DNA from: a virus
Length of the DNA stretch: 64,000 nt
Virus record (IMG/VR): IMGVR_UViG_3300046787_000316
Location: 73,365 to 137,364 of that record
Reading direction: 5' to 3' (one strand)
Position numbers and translations under genes: made by a program. Of the stretch, positions 50,779-58,745 are shown one piece after another. A model generated the notes under the pieces. The model had not been told where the DNA came from and searched no databases. It saw only the letters and a list, made by a program, of their open reading frames with translations. Each line of letters opens with the position of its first letter. The stretch's first letter is position 1.

Positions 50779-52164
50779 TTATTTTTGATTTGGGCAATAA
50801 TTGTGAATTACCAAGGTATTTAAAATCTCATTGGAATTAGTCCCAGCTATAAATACATCGGATGGTTCTATATCTATCGTTGTTATTGAACCTGTGAAGT
50901 ATTCATTATCAATAGATGTAATAGTGGATGTAATATCCGATGAGTTAAAAATGGTATCGCCTTCTACTAAATCAATTACATTTTTAAACTTCACTACGCC
51001 ATCAACGTTTACCAATAACATTTTTCCCGTTGGTAATAATGAATATCCGACATTATCCCCATTTGTATATGTAATTTTATTCAACCAATCTTCAGTCGGT
51101 TTATGTATAATACTAACTACCGATGCGCTGGTATATGATATAAGTGATTCAACACTTCCTGTATATTCCCATTCAAATGTCTGCTGTCTATTGAAATCAT
51201 ATCCAAGTGTATCTATTAATAGTGCTTTAACATTATCACCAATTTGAATATCAGCCGCAGCTGTTTCGATAAAACTTCCATCTTCCTGCATCACATCAAT
51301 TTTATAATCGGATGGGATACCTTCATCAGATACTCTGTTTGGATTTGAAAAAAACATATATCTTGATTTGTTGTTTAATTTCAAATCAGTATATTCGATA
51401 ATTGTTTCATCCAATGGTATTTGATTAGAATGCAAATATCCACCCAAATCTATAATTTCCGAAAGTTGGTTTGTTATGAGATACCACTGCCTAATGTGAG
51501 TAGTTATTGAACCACTTTCTATATTAGTTGGAGAAAATTTATATTCTTGCAAAAACAAACCAGTATTCAAATTTGACTTAACGGATTCAAGTTCATCCAA
51601 AGTATCTACCTTTATAAATTCGGGATACATTGATTTATCAAAATCAGGTAATTGTTTTTTAGAAATTAAATTAGGTATTTCGCCATTATCGTTTATAGAT
51701 GTAAGAGTATCTAAAACTTCACCATTGTAAGTAGTAAATGTTTTTGGAAGTATGCTTCCCGAACCACCTTCAAATAATAAATTTATTAATTCATTTTTAT
51801 CTCTACAATATGTATCATCTAATATTGCTTGCGCATTATATGCAAACCTTAAATTTAATGTAGAACTATCATCCGTATAAGAAGGTATTGTTACTCCATT
51901 AGCTGGGATTATAATTTCATCAAATATAACATTATTTAATGTACATTTTTCTTTTATAATATCGACAACAAATTTAGATACAAATTGAGATTTATATATA
52001 ATACGAAGAGTTGAGAACTCATTCGATACTATATAGTTAAAAAGACCATCGAAATCAAAATAAGAACTCTTAGCATAAGACAGATTAATATCTGTATTCA
52101 TTTCTAAAAGTAAAATATCTTCATCGGTTGTAATGAAGTCAACACCTAATAATACACTGTTCAT
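50779..52164 (-). CDS. Circularly permuted ATP-grasp ligase fused to a C-terminal Hint domain
   Basis: N-terminal GVDF...LLEMNT, then RDK..L..LL, LPKT, PNLISK, LQEY, HIRQWY; Hint from G282 (GIPSDYKI...IQIGDNVKA...TIDIEPSDVFIAG...VIHN) then YCPNQK. Confidence 0.7.
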   Translation of the reverse strand: MNSVLLGVDFITTDEDILLLEMNTDINLSYAKSSYFDFDGLFNYIVSNEFSTLRIIYKSQFVSKFVVDIIKEKCTLNNVIFDEIIIPANGVTIPSYTDDSSTLNLRFAYNAQAILDDTYCRDKNELINLLFEGGSGSILPKTFTTYNGEVLDTLTSINDNGEIPNLISKKQLPDFDKSMYPEFIKVDTLDELESVKSNLNTGLFLQEYKFSPTNIESGSITTHIRQWYLITNQLSEIIDLGGYLHSNQIPLDETIIEYTDLKLNNKSRYMFFSNPNRVSDEGIPSDYKIDVMQEDGSFIETAAADIQIGDNVKALLIDTLGYDFNRQQTFEWEYTGSVESLISYTSASVVSIIHKPTEDWLNKITYTNGDNVGYSLLPTGKMLLVNVDGVVKFKNVIDLVEGDTIFNSSDITSTITSIDNEYFTGSITTIDIEPSDVFIAGTNSNEILNTLVIHNYCPNQK

Positions 52165-52217
52165 AATTGTAAATCTATATAGTATATATATCTCTAAAAA
52201 ATAAAAATATCAAAGGA

Positions 52218-52811
52218 TTACATCAATACCTTACTATCTTTTCTGTATTTTTTGGATGGATTCATATATTCAAATGCATCGTTATAATTCAAACCGCATC
52301 CGATACTTTCAAATGTATTTTTTGCTAATTCAAAATTTGTAGAGTATAAATCCTCATACCATATCATCGGCAAGTTGGTTATTTTTTGAAAATGAATAAT
52401 TAAATCAATATATTGATTGACGGTATCCATATATTCGATATCCATTACCGATGGGTTATGTATATATGTTCCATGCCATACTGTGAATCCATCGTAATAT
52501 CCATTTCGCTCTATAATTTCTTTACACTTCGATATACCATTACACTCACTTTCCCAACTAGCAATTCTATCACGTCTACTTATTAATATAGTTTTATCAA
52601 ATGTTTTAGAAAATTCCCACAACTCTTCAATACTATTGTGTTGATTTATTAATGTTTTTAAAACAACATTTTTTTGATATGGGTTATATAGATTATATGA
52701 CGCATTTGGATTGAATGGTTCTATTATTTGTTTTAAATTTAGTGTAGAAGCAATTGCATTGGTTAATGTAGTTGTCCCACTTCTAGCAGTGCCGATTATT
52801 AGTATTTTCAT
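52218..52811 (-). CDS. PAPS-dependent sulfotransferase-like protein
   Basis: GTARSGTTTL, IEPFN, ISRRDRIASWES, IWYEDL. Confidence 0.75.
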   Translation of the reverse strand: MKILIIGTARSGTTTLTNAIASTLNLKQIIEPFNPNASYNLYNPYQKNVVLKTLINQHNSIEELWEFSKTFDKTILISRRDRIASWESECNGISKCKEIIERNGYYDGFTVWHGTYIHNPSVMDIEYMDTVNQYIDLIIHFQKITNLPMIWYEDLYSTNFELAKNTFESIGCGLNYNDAFEYMNPSKKYRKDSKVLM

Positions 52812-53284
52812 ATTATACTCCTTGTAATAACTTCGCCATAAAACTTATTTATCATTTCAACATCATTATAATGTTTTATGGAATTACTATCGCCATTCTT
52901 TATCAATTCACTCTTATTATAATGTATATCGGATAGTTTCGCCATTCGTATCTCACAATCACCCATATCAATTAAATCGTATGTTTGATTATCTACCAAA
53001 TAGAATGCGCCAAATTTGTTATTCTTTTTGAACCAATATGTTTTATTTATAAGTCCAAATTTCTGCTCCCCTATAAATGTAAAATTATAATGATTCTGTA
53101 AAATTTCAAAATATTTAATATCGGATGTATTTAATGCTAGATTTAGATTACCAACATTTCTAGCTATTATATTGTGATAACGTAATACGGATGAACCGCC
53201 TAATATTATATTTCCATCTGTTAAATTATGAAAATCGTTAAATATAATATTATTAAAATCACTAGTGAAGTTCAGTTGTATCAT
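52808..53284 (-). CDS. Pol-beta-type nucleotidyltransferase-fold protein, apparently degenerate
   Basis: ILGGSSVL..H..IARNVGNLNL (DxD position reads NxN), C-terminal K...KH.ND. Confidence 0.45.
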   Translation of the reverse strand: MIQLNFTSDFNNIIFNDFHNLTDGNIILGGSSVLRYHNIIARNVGNLNLALNTSDIKYFEILQNHYNFTFIGEQKFGLINKTYWFKKNNKFGAFYLVDNQTYDLIDMGDCEIRMAKLSDIHYNKSELIKNGDSNSIKHYNDVEMINKFYGEVITRSII

Positions 53285-53285
53285 A

Positions 53286-53507
53286 TTATTTTATTGTATT
53301 CTTTCGTAATCCGTATTTAATCCACTTATACCAAATTCGTTCGTGAATATAATATTGAATCGGCTTATATACCAATTCTGCAATACCAAACGCAGTTCCA
53401 ACTTTAATTGAACCACTTATCCACCACATTAAGATAAACCCTATCAAGGTACTTAAAATACGATATGATATGGTTTTGGCTATATGTCTTTTTCTCGTAA
53501 CTATCAT
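53286..53507 (-). CDS. DUF2061-like membrane protein
   Basis: RHIAKTISYRILSTL, IAELVYK..QYYIHERIW..IKYG. Confidence 0.8.
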   Translation of the reverse strand: MIVTRKRHIAKTISYRILSTLIGFILMWWISGSIKVGTAFGIAELVYKPIQYYIHERIWYKWIKYGLRKNTIK

Positions 53508-54013
53508 ATTAATCCAATTTGATTATTTGAAATATTTTTTCTATATCGTTCATTTGAATTTTTATCAAAGATATCCTCGTAATATGTTATTGGGATATTT
53601 AATGTATTACTAAGAACAAGCAATTCGGAATCCCAACGAATGATATCGACTTCGTATTTCTCTACATTTGGTGGAGTTTTCCATACATAATGTTTTAATG
53701 AATTGAAATTTTTATGATTGTGATGCTGGAGATATGCCCAGCTTTCCGAACACTCTTTTAAATCTCGTCTACTTAAAAGTATGACTTTATCAAATTCCTT
53801 AACTAATTCAATATATGCATCAATCGCCGTATCAAACCCATTAGGACAATGATACATCATAGTTTTAACAACAACATCAGTTGGGAGAATACCATACCTA
53901 TATCGTTTTGGGTCAAATGGTTCAAATATAAATGGTATCCGATATTCTTCACTATACCGACTCATTAATGAAGTTGAGCCGGTTCTCGGAAGAGCTATTA
54001 TTAATATTCTCAT
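53504..54013 (-). CDS. PAPS-dependent sulfotransferase-like protein
   Basis: ALPRTGSTSL, FEPFDP, LSRRDLKECSES, TYYEDI. Confidence 0.75.
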   Translation of the reverse strand: MRILIIALPRTGSTSLMSRYSEEYRIPFIFEPFDPKRYRYGILPTDVVVKTMMYHCPNGFDTAIDAYIELVKEFDKVILLSRRDLKECSESWAYLQHHNHKNFNSLKHYVWKTPPNVEKYEVDIIRWDSELLVLSNTLNIPITYYEDIFDKNSNERYRKNISNNQIGLI

Positions 54014-54393
54014 TATCCTTTAGTTTCATCATAAGTAATAGTGCCATCCGGCATCATGTGACCTGTTCTAATAGCAGTTCCGCTTATCTGTGCAACATCG
54101 GTTGGCGGTTCGTGGTAGATAACATCATACCCCACACCTCTTCCATAATTGATTGATTCAATATCGGGAATAATTGATAATAATACCTTATCCCAATTAT
54201 TCATAAAGAATGGTTCGTTCATTAGTTCTATCATAACTTGGTGAGCAGTTTTCGGATTATTCCCATCAACCTCCACATCTCTAATTGCAACCCAAACATA
54301 CTTTCCCTTTTCCAATTGTTGGTTAATCAGCCATTCGTGTCCTTTATGCCAATTTTGCCAACGTCCTACATACATTGCGTACTTTTTACTCAT
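54013..54393 (-). CDS. Minimal HxGH (cytidylyltransferase-like) nucleotidyltransferase
   Basis: GRWQNWHKGH, VAIRD, IPDIESINYGRGVGY, ISGTAIR. Confidence 0.8.
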   Translation of the reverse strand: MSKKYAMYVGRWQNWHKGHEWLINQQLEKGKYVWVAIRDVEVDGNNPKTAHQVMIELMNEPFFMNNWDKVLLSIIPDIESINYGRGVGYDVIYHEPPTDVAQISGTAIRTGHMMPDGTITYDETKG

Positions 54394-54399
54394 TGTTTT

Positions 54400-55347
54400 T
54401 TAATTTAATTTATCAATAATTTTGGTGAGTTCATCATTAAATCCATTTCTGATTATCATTTGTTTCCATTGGTCTACTTTAAATAATCTAAATTCTTCGT
54501 TATTATTAACTACACTCTTATCTAACCAAATATGGTCGAACCCAACCGGCTTTTCATTGTGTGTTTGTGGAATATCAATCCATTGTGGGAGATATCCTAC
54601 ACCATCCACCATCCCATCGTAAAATTGTACGTGAGTTTTGTTATGAAATGTAGTAACTTTACTATTCAAGCTCCTCATAGTATAACCTAATATGTTTTGG
54701 TCCGACATTAACCACAGCCAATCCGGTACTTGTTCGTATTTTTTTGTAACAATTTCTAAATGTAACTTCAAATACTCTTCCAACACTTCCGAATTGTTTA
54801 TAAATAAAAACGAAGTATTAGGTATTAGCATCCTACTATCAAACGTTGGAATGTTTAACCCCATACCATCTATCATATATTGCTCTATATGTAAGAAACT
54901 TCTCGGTAATTCCCAATGTGTATGAACTACATCATAATCGAATACCCATTTTGGAAAATCATCTTGAATGATTAAATCCAAATCCATAAATAAAAATGGT
55001 GGTTCTTCCTTACAAATTGATATAATCTTGCCACTTGTCCAAAATTGAGCTGGGTTTACATCATATTCCTCATTTAAGGTTTCCAATGTGTTAGTATCTA
55101 CCTCATCAAATAATTCAAGCAGTCCTACTTTCTCATAGTATTTCTTACCTATCTCATCGGTTACCAATTTAATAGGGAATCCAGTCCTTACTTTAGCACT
55201 TGTTATCGCAGCCATCTGCATAATGATTTCGTAATCAGGCAAAAAGTAATCATCTCCATTATATTCAAATGTAGAATATTTCTTATATCCTGCGAAATTC
55301 TTTCTCTCAAAGAATGGTTTAGTCCAATTTACAAATATTACTTTCAT
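54400..55347 (-). CDS. GT-A-like protein (DUF6734-like)
   Basis: KLVTDEIG, FWTSGKI, PFLFMDLDL, IPNTSFL. Confidence 0.55.
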   Translation of the reverse strand: MKVIFVNWTKPFFERKNFAGYKKYSTFEYNGDDYFLPDYEIIMQMAAITSAKVRTGFPIKLVTDEIGKKYYEKVGLLELFDEVDTNTLETLNEEYDVNPAQFWTSGKIISICKEEPPFLFMDLDLIIQDDFPKWVFDYDVVHTHWELPRSFLHIEQYMIDGMGLNIPTFDSRMLIPNTSFLFINNSEVLEEYLKLHLEIVTKKYEQVPDWLWLMSDQNILGYTMRSLNSKVTTFHNKTHVQFYDGMVDGVGYLPQWIDIPQTHNEKPVGFDHIWLDKSVVNNNEEFRLFKVDQWKQMIIRNGFNDELTKIIDKLN

Positions 55348-56129
55348 TCGTGTATAAAATATATGTCTTTTTTTAATCTATTAGTAGTGTATTCATTTAG
55401 TATAACTTGCTTACCCATCATTTCTAAATCATCTTTACCCAAACAAACCAATGGTTCTATTGTATCCATATATTGTTCTGCTGAATCGATGTAGTTGTTA
55501 AAATGTAGTAATGCACACACCTCTTCAATATTGGTGGTGATTCCGTGAGTTTTTTGAATTTCAATTAATTGTTTTGGAAATTTCTTATCTCTTAAATAAA
55601 TAAAACCGGCATTTGGAATTACAATACCATTATCAAATTTCCATTTACCATTTCGTATTATCTGATAAAAGAACATATTGAAATAATGCGTAGTATCATC
55701 TGATTTTGGATTGATTGTTTGGAATTGATTAAGTATTTCGGCTGGATAAAGATATAGAGGTATTTGTATATCACCTCTACTTCTTAGCATATTGTAAAAC
55801 TTATCATCCAATGGTTTCTGTATAAAACAATCCCAATCTAAGAAAAGGATTTCATCATACAATTCCATTGCTCTTTCGATTGCAAGTAGTTTATGATAAA
55901 AATTAAAATCTCTATTGAATTTTAAACTTGGTCCCATATAATGATATGGATACCCCAACTTCTCCATTAATTCACAATTAACTTCATCCCATACTATAAC
56001 CATTTGGTTGGTGAGATTGTGTTTATCATCAATTAGTTTTGCTTCATAGCATTCGGAATGGTATGAGTTCAAATCTTTTTCAAAGAATTGATGTTCGGGT
56101 TTACCCCATAAGCATCTTATGATTTTCAT
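55344..56129 (-). CDS. GT-A-like DxD protein (paralog of 15813-16541)
   Basis: HKL...EILFLDWDC, IPLY, VIPNAGFIYL, IEE, IYFIH. Confidence 0.5.
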   Translation of the reverse strand: MKIIRCLWGKPEHQFFEKDLNSYHSECYEAKLIDDKHNLTNQMVIVWDEVNCELMEKLGYPYHYMGPSLKFNRDFNFYHKLLAIERAMELYDEILFLDWDCFIQKPLDDKFYNMLRSRGDIQIPLYLYPAEILNQFQTINPKSDDTTHYFNMFFYQIIRNGKWKFDNGIVIPNAGFIYLRDKKFPKQLIEIQKTHGITTNIEEVCALLHFNNYIDSAEQYMDTIEPLVCLGKDDLEMMGKQVILNEYTTNRLKKDIYFIHE

Positions 56130-56362
56130 AAGCCCTCCACTTTATTCCATTTTTTTAAATCACAACTACCCATAACATCGGTGAATATCTTTTTACCAAT
56201 AGGGCAACCGCATTCTCCACATTTTTTACCAAACACTACCGAATCTATCATCGAATCGCATCCACTGCATATCTGTAAACGTTTCCTTGCAAGTTCGGAT
56301 TGTTGAGGTGTAGGATTTTCTGCTATCCACCATGCTTTTATTATAGTGGCTATACTACTCAT
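56126..56362 (-). CDS. Small Cys-rich zinc-binding protein (DUF6171-like)
   Basis: RLQICSGC...KCGECGC...K.....CDLKKW. Confidence 0.7.
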   Translation of the reverse strand: MSSIATIIKAWWIAENPTPQQSELARKRLQICSGCDSMIDSVVFGKKCGECGCPIGKKIFTDVMGSCDLKKWNKVEGL

Positions 56363-56661
56363 AATGTTTTTTTGATGTTTAATACTCTAGCACATAGTTC
56401 ATACATTTCTAACCCAACGGCTTGTGAATGAATAAAATCTAATAAGTGAGTATATTGTTCCCTCTTAATAGTAACATAAGCAGGTATATCTTTAAATCTG
56501 AATATAATCAGTTCCTTTGCTGTCCTATTGTTTTTGAAAGTATCAATCATATCAACGACTGTTGTCATGTGAGGCTCGGTTAATGGGAATTTATGAATGT
56601 AATCAACCCAATCCAATTGGATATAACTCTTTTCTAACTTAGGTAACGCTTTGAGGTTCAT
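56359..56661 (-). CDS. Hypothetical protein, first gene of the operon
   Basis: 100-aa ORF downstream of the promoter at 56687, ATGA-coupled to the next gene. Confidence 0.6.
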   Translation of the reverse strand: MNLKALPKLEKSYIQLDWVDYIHKFPLTEPHMTTVVDMIDTFKNNRTAKELIIFRFKDIPAYVTIKREQYTHLLDFIHSQAVGLEMYELCARVLNIKKTL

Positions 56662-56686
56662 TGTGTAACGGATATAATTTAATAGA

Positions 56687-56718
56687 CAAATATACTAATA
56701 ATTATTGGAATTTCCAAA
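56687..56718 (-). promoter_or_regulatory. Bacteroidota-type sigma70 promoter (TTTG-N20-TATATTTG)
   Basis: Plus caaatata 56687-56694 and caaa 56715-56718. Confidence 0.85.
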
Positions 56719-56761
56719 TTTATTTTAATATATTTTTTTAACAAAACTTTAACATAATTAA

Positions 56762-56793
56762 CTTGATTTTTGGGATATAATTTTGTATATTGC
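56762..56793 (+). promoter_or_regulatory. Divergent promoter variant (CTTG-N20-TATATTGC)
   Basis: Same 20-nt geometry, faces the + strand cassette; mismatches in the -7 element. Confidence 0.45.
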
Positions 56794-56819
56794 AGAATAA
56801 AATTTAAAACAAATAAGAT

Positions 56820-57017
56820 ATGGAACAAGAAACACTTGAAGATAAACTTCAATCATTGGTAGTTAAATGGCACCAATTACAATTACATTATCAGGATGTA
56901 GCAGAGGACAATATTACTCACGAACATACTAATAGAAAATTTACTTACAAAGCACAAGCTACGAGAGATTGTTGGAAGGAGTTACTAACCTTATTAAATG
57001 AATCTAAAAATGGATAA
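56820..57017 (+). CDS. Hypothetical protein
   Basis: First ORF of the coupled + strand cassette. Confidence 0.6.
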   Translation: MEQETLEDKLQSLVVKWHQLQLHYQDVAEDNITHEHTNRKFTYKAQATRDCWKELLTLLNESKNG

Positions 57018-57234
57018 CGAAGAAACACTTGAATATGGGTTACTACAACACATTAAACTTTGTCTTGAATGTAACAATGAATCGCAGGCTATAAGATTGC
57101 TTGAGAAGTATGGATTTGAAAAACAAGAGGAAAGGTATAGTGAGGAAGAAGTTATGGATATGTTTCATAATTTGAGTATGCATCTTCCTTTACATTACGA
57201 ATTTTTAGTTAAAGAACAATTTAAAAATAAATAA
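56998..57234 (+). CDS. Hypothetical protein
   Basis: Coupled ORF; the true start may be the MDNEE ATG. Confidence 0.55.
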   Translation: MNLKMDNEETLEYGLLQHIKLCLECNNESQAIRLLEKYGFEKQEERYSEEEVMDMFHNLSMHLPLHYEFLVKEQFKNK

Positions 57235-57237
57235 GGT

Positions 57238-57321
57238 ATGTTAGTAGGGGTATTTGATTTAATTTGGTTAATAATAGAAGAAACCGCAAAGTTACTAATA
57301 AAACTATTCAAAAAGAAATAA
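57238..57321 (+). CDS. 27-aa amphipathic peptide, not in the ORF track
   Basis: MLVGVFDLIWLIIEETAKLLIKLFKKK; fills the gap exactly. Confidence 0.45.
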   Translation: MLVGVFDLIWLIIEETAKLLIKLFKKK

Positions 57322-57322
57322 G

Positions 57323-57646
57323 ATGAACGCACAAACGGTAGAATATTACGACTGGTTCGATATCCAAAAAGAAATCTGTAAAGAGATGGGTATTGAGGAA
57401 CAATACTTTAGAGATTACCATAAGTTAGTCGGTGGTGAGTATAAAGACCTATGGCATTTTTGGTTAGAGTATTTTGATTCTGTTCCTAATAACGATACCA
57501 TTGTATTCAATGATTTGGGGGAGAATATGGAATCTAAAATCGATTGGGTAAAAATCAAAGGAGAGGAATGGGGAATCCCATTTATTGAAGCAGTATATAA
57601 GGTTTGGGATGAATTTGAAATTGAATACATAAAATATAGTTGGTAA
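57323..57646 (+). CDS. Acidic aromatic-rich hypothetical protein
   Basis: 107-aa ORF in the cassette. Confidence 0.65.
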   Translation: MNAQTVEYYDWFDIQKEICKEMGIEEQYFRDYHKLVGGEYKDLWHFWLEYFDSVPNNDTIVFNDLGENMESKIDWVKIKGEEWGIPFIEAVYKVWDEFEIEYIKYSW

Positions 57647-57807
57647 TGGAAATTGATATCGATAATAAATTAGCTTGGATTCCTAAGACAGTAATATTCG
57701 AAGGTAAAGAATATCCAGCTCCATTGAATTTATTACCACTAATGGCACATAGGGTTTTGATTGAGATGTTAGAAGAAAGACAAAATAAAAGAAAATGTTA
57801 TGAATAA
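57646..57807 (+). CDS. 53-aa hypothetical protein, not in the ORF track
   Basis: TAATG overlap; MEIDIDNKLAWIPKTVIFEGKEYPAPLNLL... Confidence 0.55.
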   Translation: MEIDIDNKLAWIPKTVIFEGKEYPAPLNLLPLMAHRVLIEMLEERQNKRKCYE

Positions 57808-58081
57808 ACAATATAAAATATTTAGACAATCATATTGGGATGAATATGGTGTAGAAAGTTCAGTTTCATATTATATTAGAGAATATAGAACGTTCTTAGG
57901 AATACCATATTGGAAAACAATAAAACACAAAGTAGGTGGCATTGGTGGTTCTTATTATACAAAAACCATATTCAGAACCATAGAGATAGCAGAAACGTTT
58001 GTTAAAGAAAATCTCTGCCCAAGTATGGGTAGAAGTGAATGGGTAGAAACCGAAGTTAAACAATTGGGATGTAAGTTATGA
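57800..58081 (+). CDS. Hypothetical protein
   Basis: Coupled ORF (YYI..Y.TFLGIP.W). Confidence 0.6.
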   Translation: MNKQYKIFRQSYWDEYGVESSVSYYIREYRTFLGIPYWKTIKHKVGGIGGSYYTKTIFRTIEIAETFVKENLCPSMGRSEWVETEVKQLGCKL

Positions 58082-58350
58082 AAGTAAAATTATTAAAAAA
58101 GATTAGAAAAAGGTATTCAATTACTCATTATCCAAACGGAGTATTTTTATGGGATGCTTTTCATGAAGGTCCTCTTACCTTAATAAGAGCTAGAGATGGT
58201 AGTTACAGGTACGATATTTCATGTCTCGAAAAACAGCCAGCATACGATAAGTTGTATGAGAAGTTATTAGAATGGATACAGCAAGATTACGGTATGTTTA
58301 AAAGCAAAAGAGTTAAAATAGTATCAGAGGAACTTTGGTATAAAAAATAA
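58078..58350 (+). CDS. Hypothetical protein
   Basis: ATGA overlap; MKVKLLKKIRKRY. Confidence 0.6.
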   Translation: MKVKLLKKIRKRYSITHYPNGVFLWDAFHEGPLTLIRARDGSYRYDISCLEKQPAYDKLYEKLLEWIQQDYGMFKSKRVKIVSEELWYKK

Positions 58351-58357
58351 ATAGGTT

Positions 58358-58504
58358 ATGAGAAAAGTATTTAAAGTTTTAGCTCCATTTTATTTAGGAG
58401 CATCGTTGAGTATATTTGCCAACGTAAATTGTTTTCAATGGGAATTTTGGGCAATAGTTGCTCCATTTCTCTTATTACAAAGAGCAAGTGAAGATGATGA
58501 GTAG
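58358..58504 (+). CDS. 48-aa two-helix membrane peptide, not in the ORF track
   Basis: MRKVFKVLAPFYLGASLSIFANVNCFQWEFWAIVAPFLLLQRASEDDE. Confidence 0.55.
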   Translation: MRKVFKVLAPFYLGASLSIFANVNCFQWEFWAIVAPFLLLQRASEDDE

Positions 58505-58721
58505 TGAGGATGATTACGAACCAATAGATTTATCTCAATACAAAAAGCATAAACAAAAATTAGAACGTTTATCGTTTGGTAGGTATGAAATGGAATTTAG
58601 AAGGGATTGGAAGGCTTATCTAAAAGAAGTATTCCGATTTGAAGAACCAATCACCGAGTATGTAAAACCACTACCATTGCCGGTAAAAAAAGAAATCCAC
58701 CCGTTTAATGAGTGGATTTAA
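58494..58721 (+). CDS. Hypothetical protein
   Basis: Start reset to MMSSEDD, overlapping the previous stop. Confidence 0.5.
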   Translation: MMSSEDDYEPIDLSQYKKHKQKLERLSFGRYEMEFRRDWKAYLKEVFRFEEPITEYVKPLPLPVKKEIHPFNEWI

Positions 58722-58745
58722 TTTGAACCTTGTGATTTTGTTTAT

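Noticed and set aside
50800-51321. Classical self-splicing or mobile intein
   Set aside because: No N-terminal Cys/Ser, no TxxH, no homing endonuclease, and the +1 residue is Tyr
926-54925. Many + strand ORFs of 60-160 aa nested antisense to long minus-strand genes (e.g. 18166-18570, 33702-34076, 38270-38755, 50831-51247)
   Set aside because: Shadow ORFs of real genes: no motifs, no promoters, composition mirrors the opposite-strand codons
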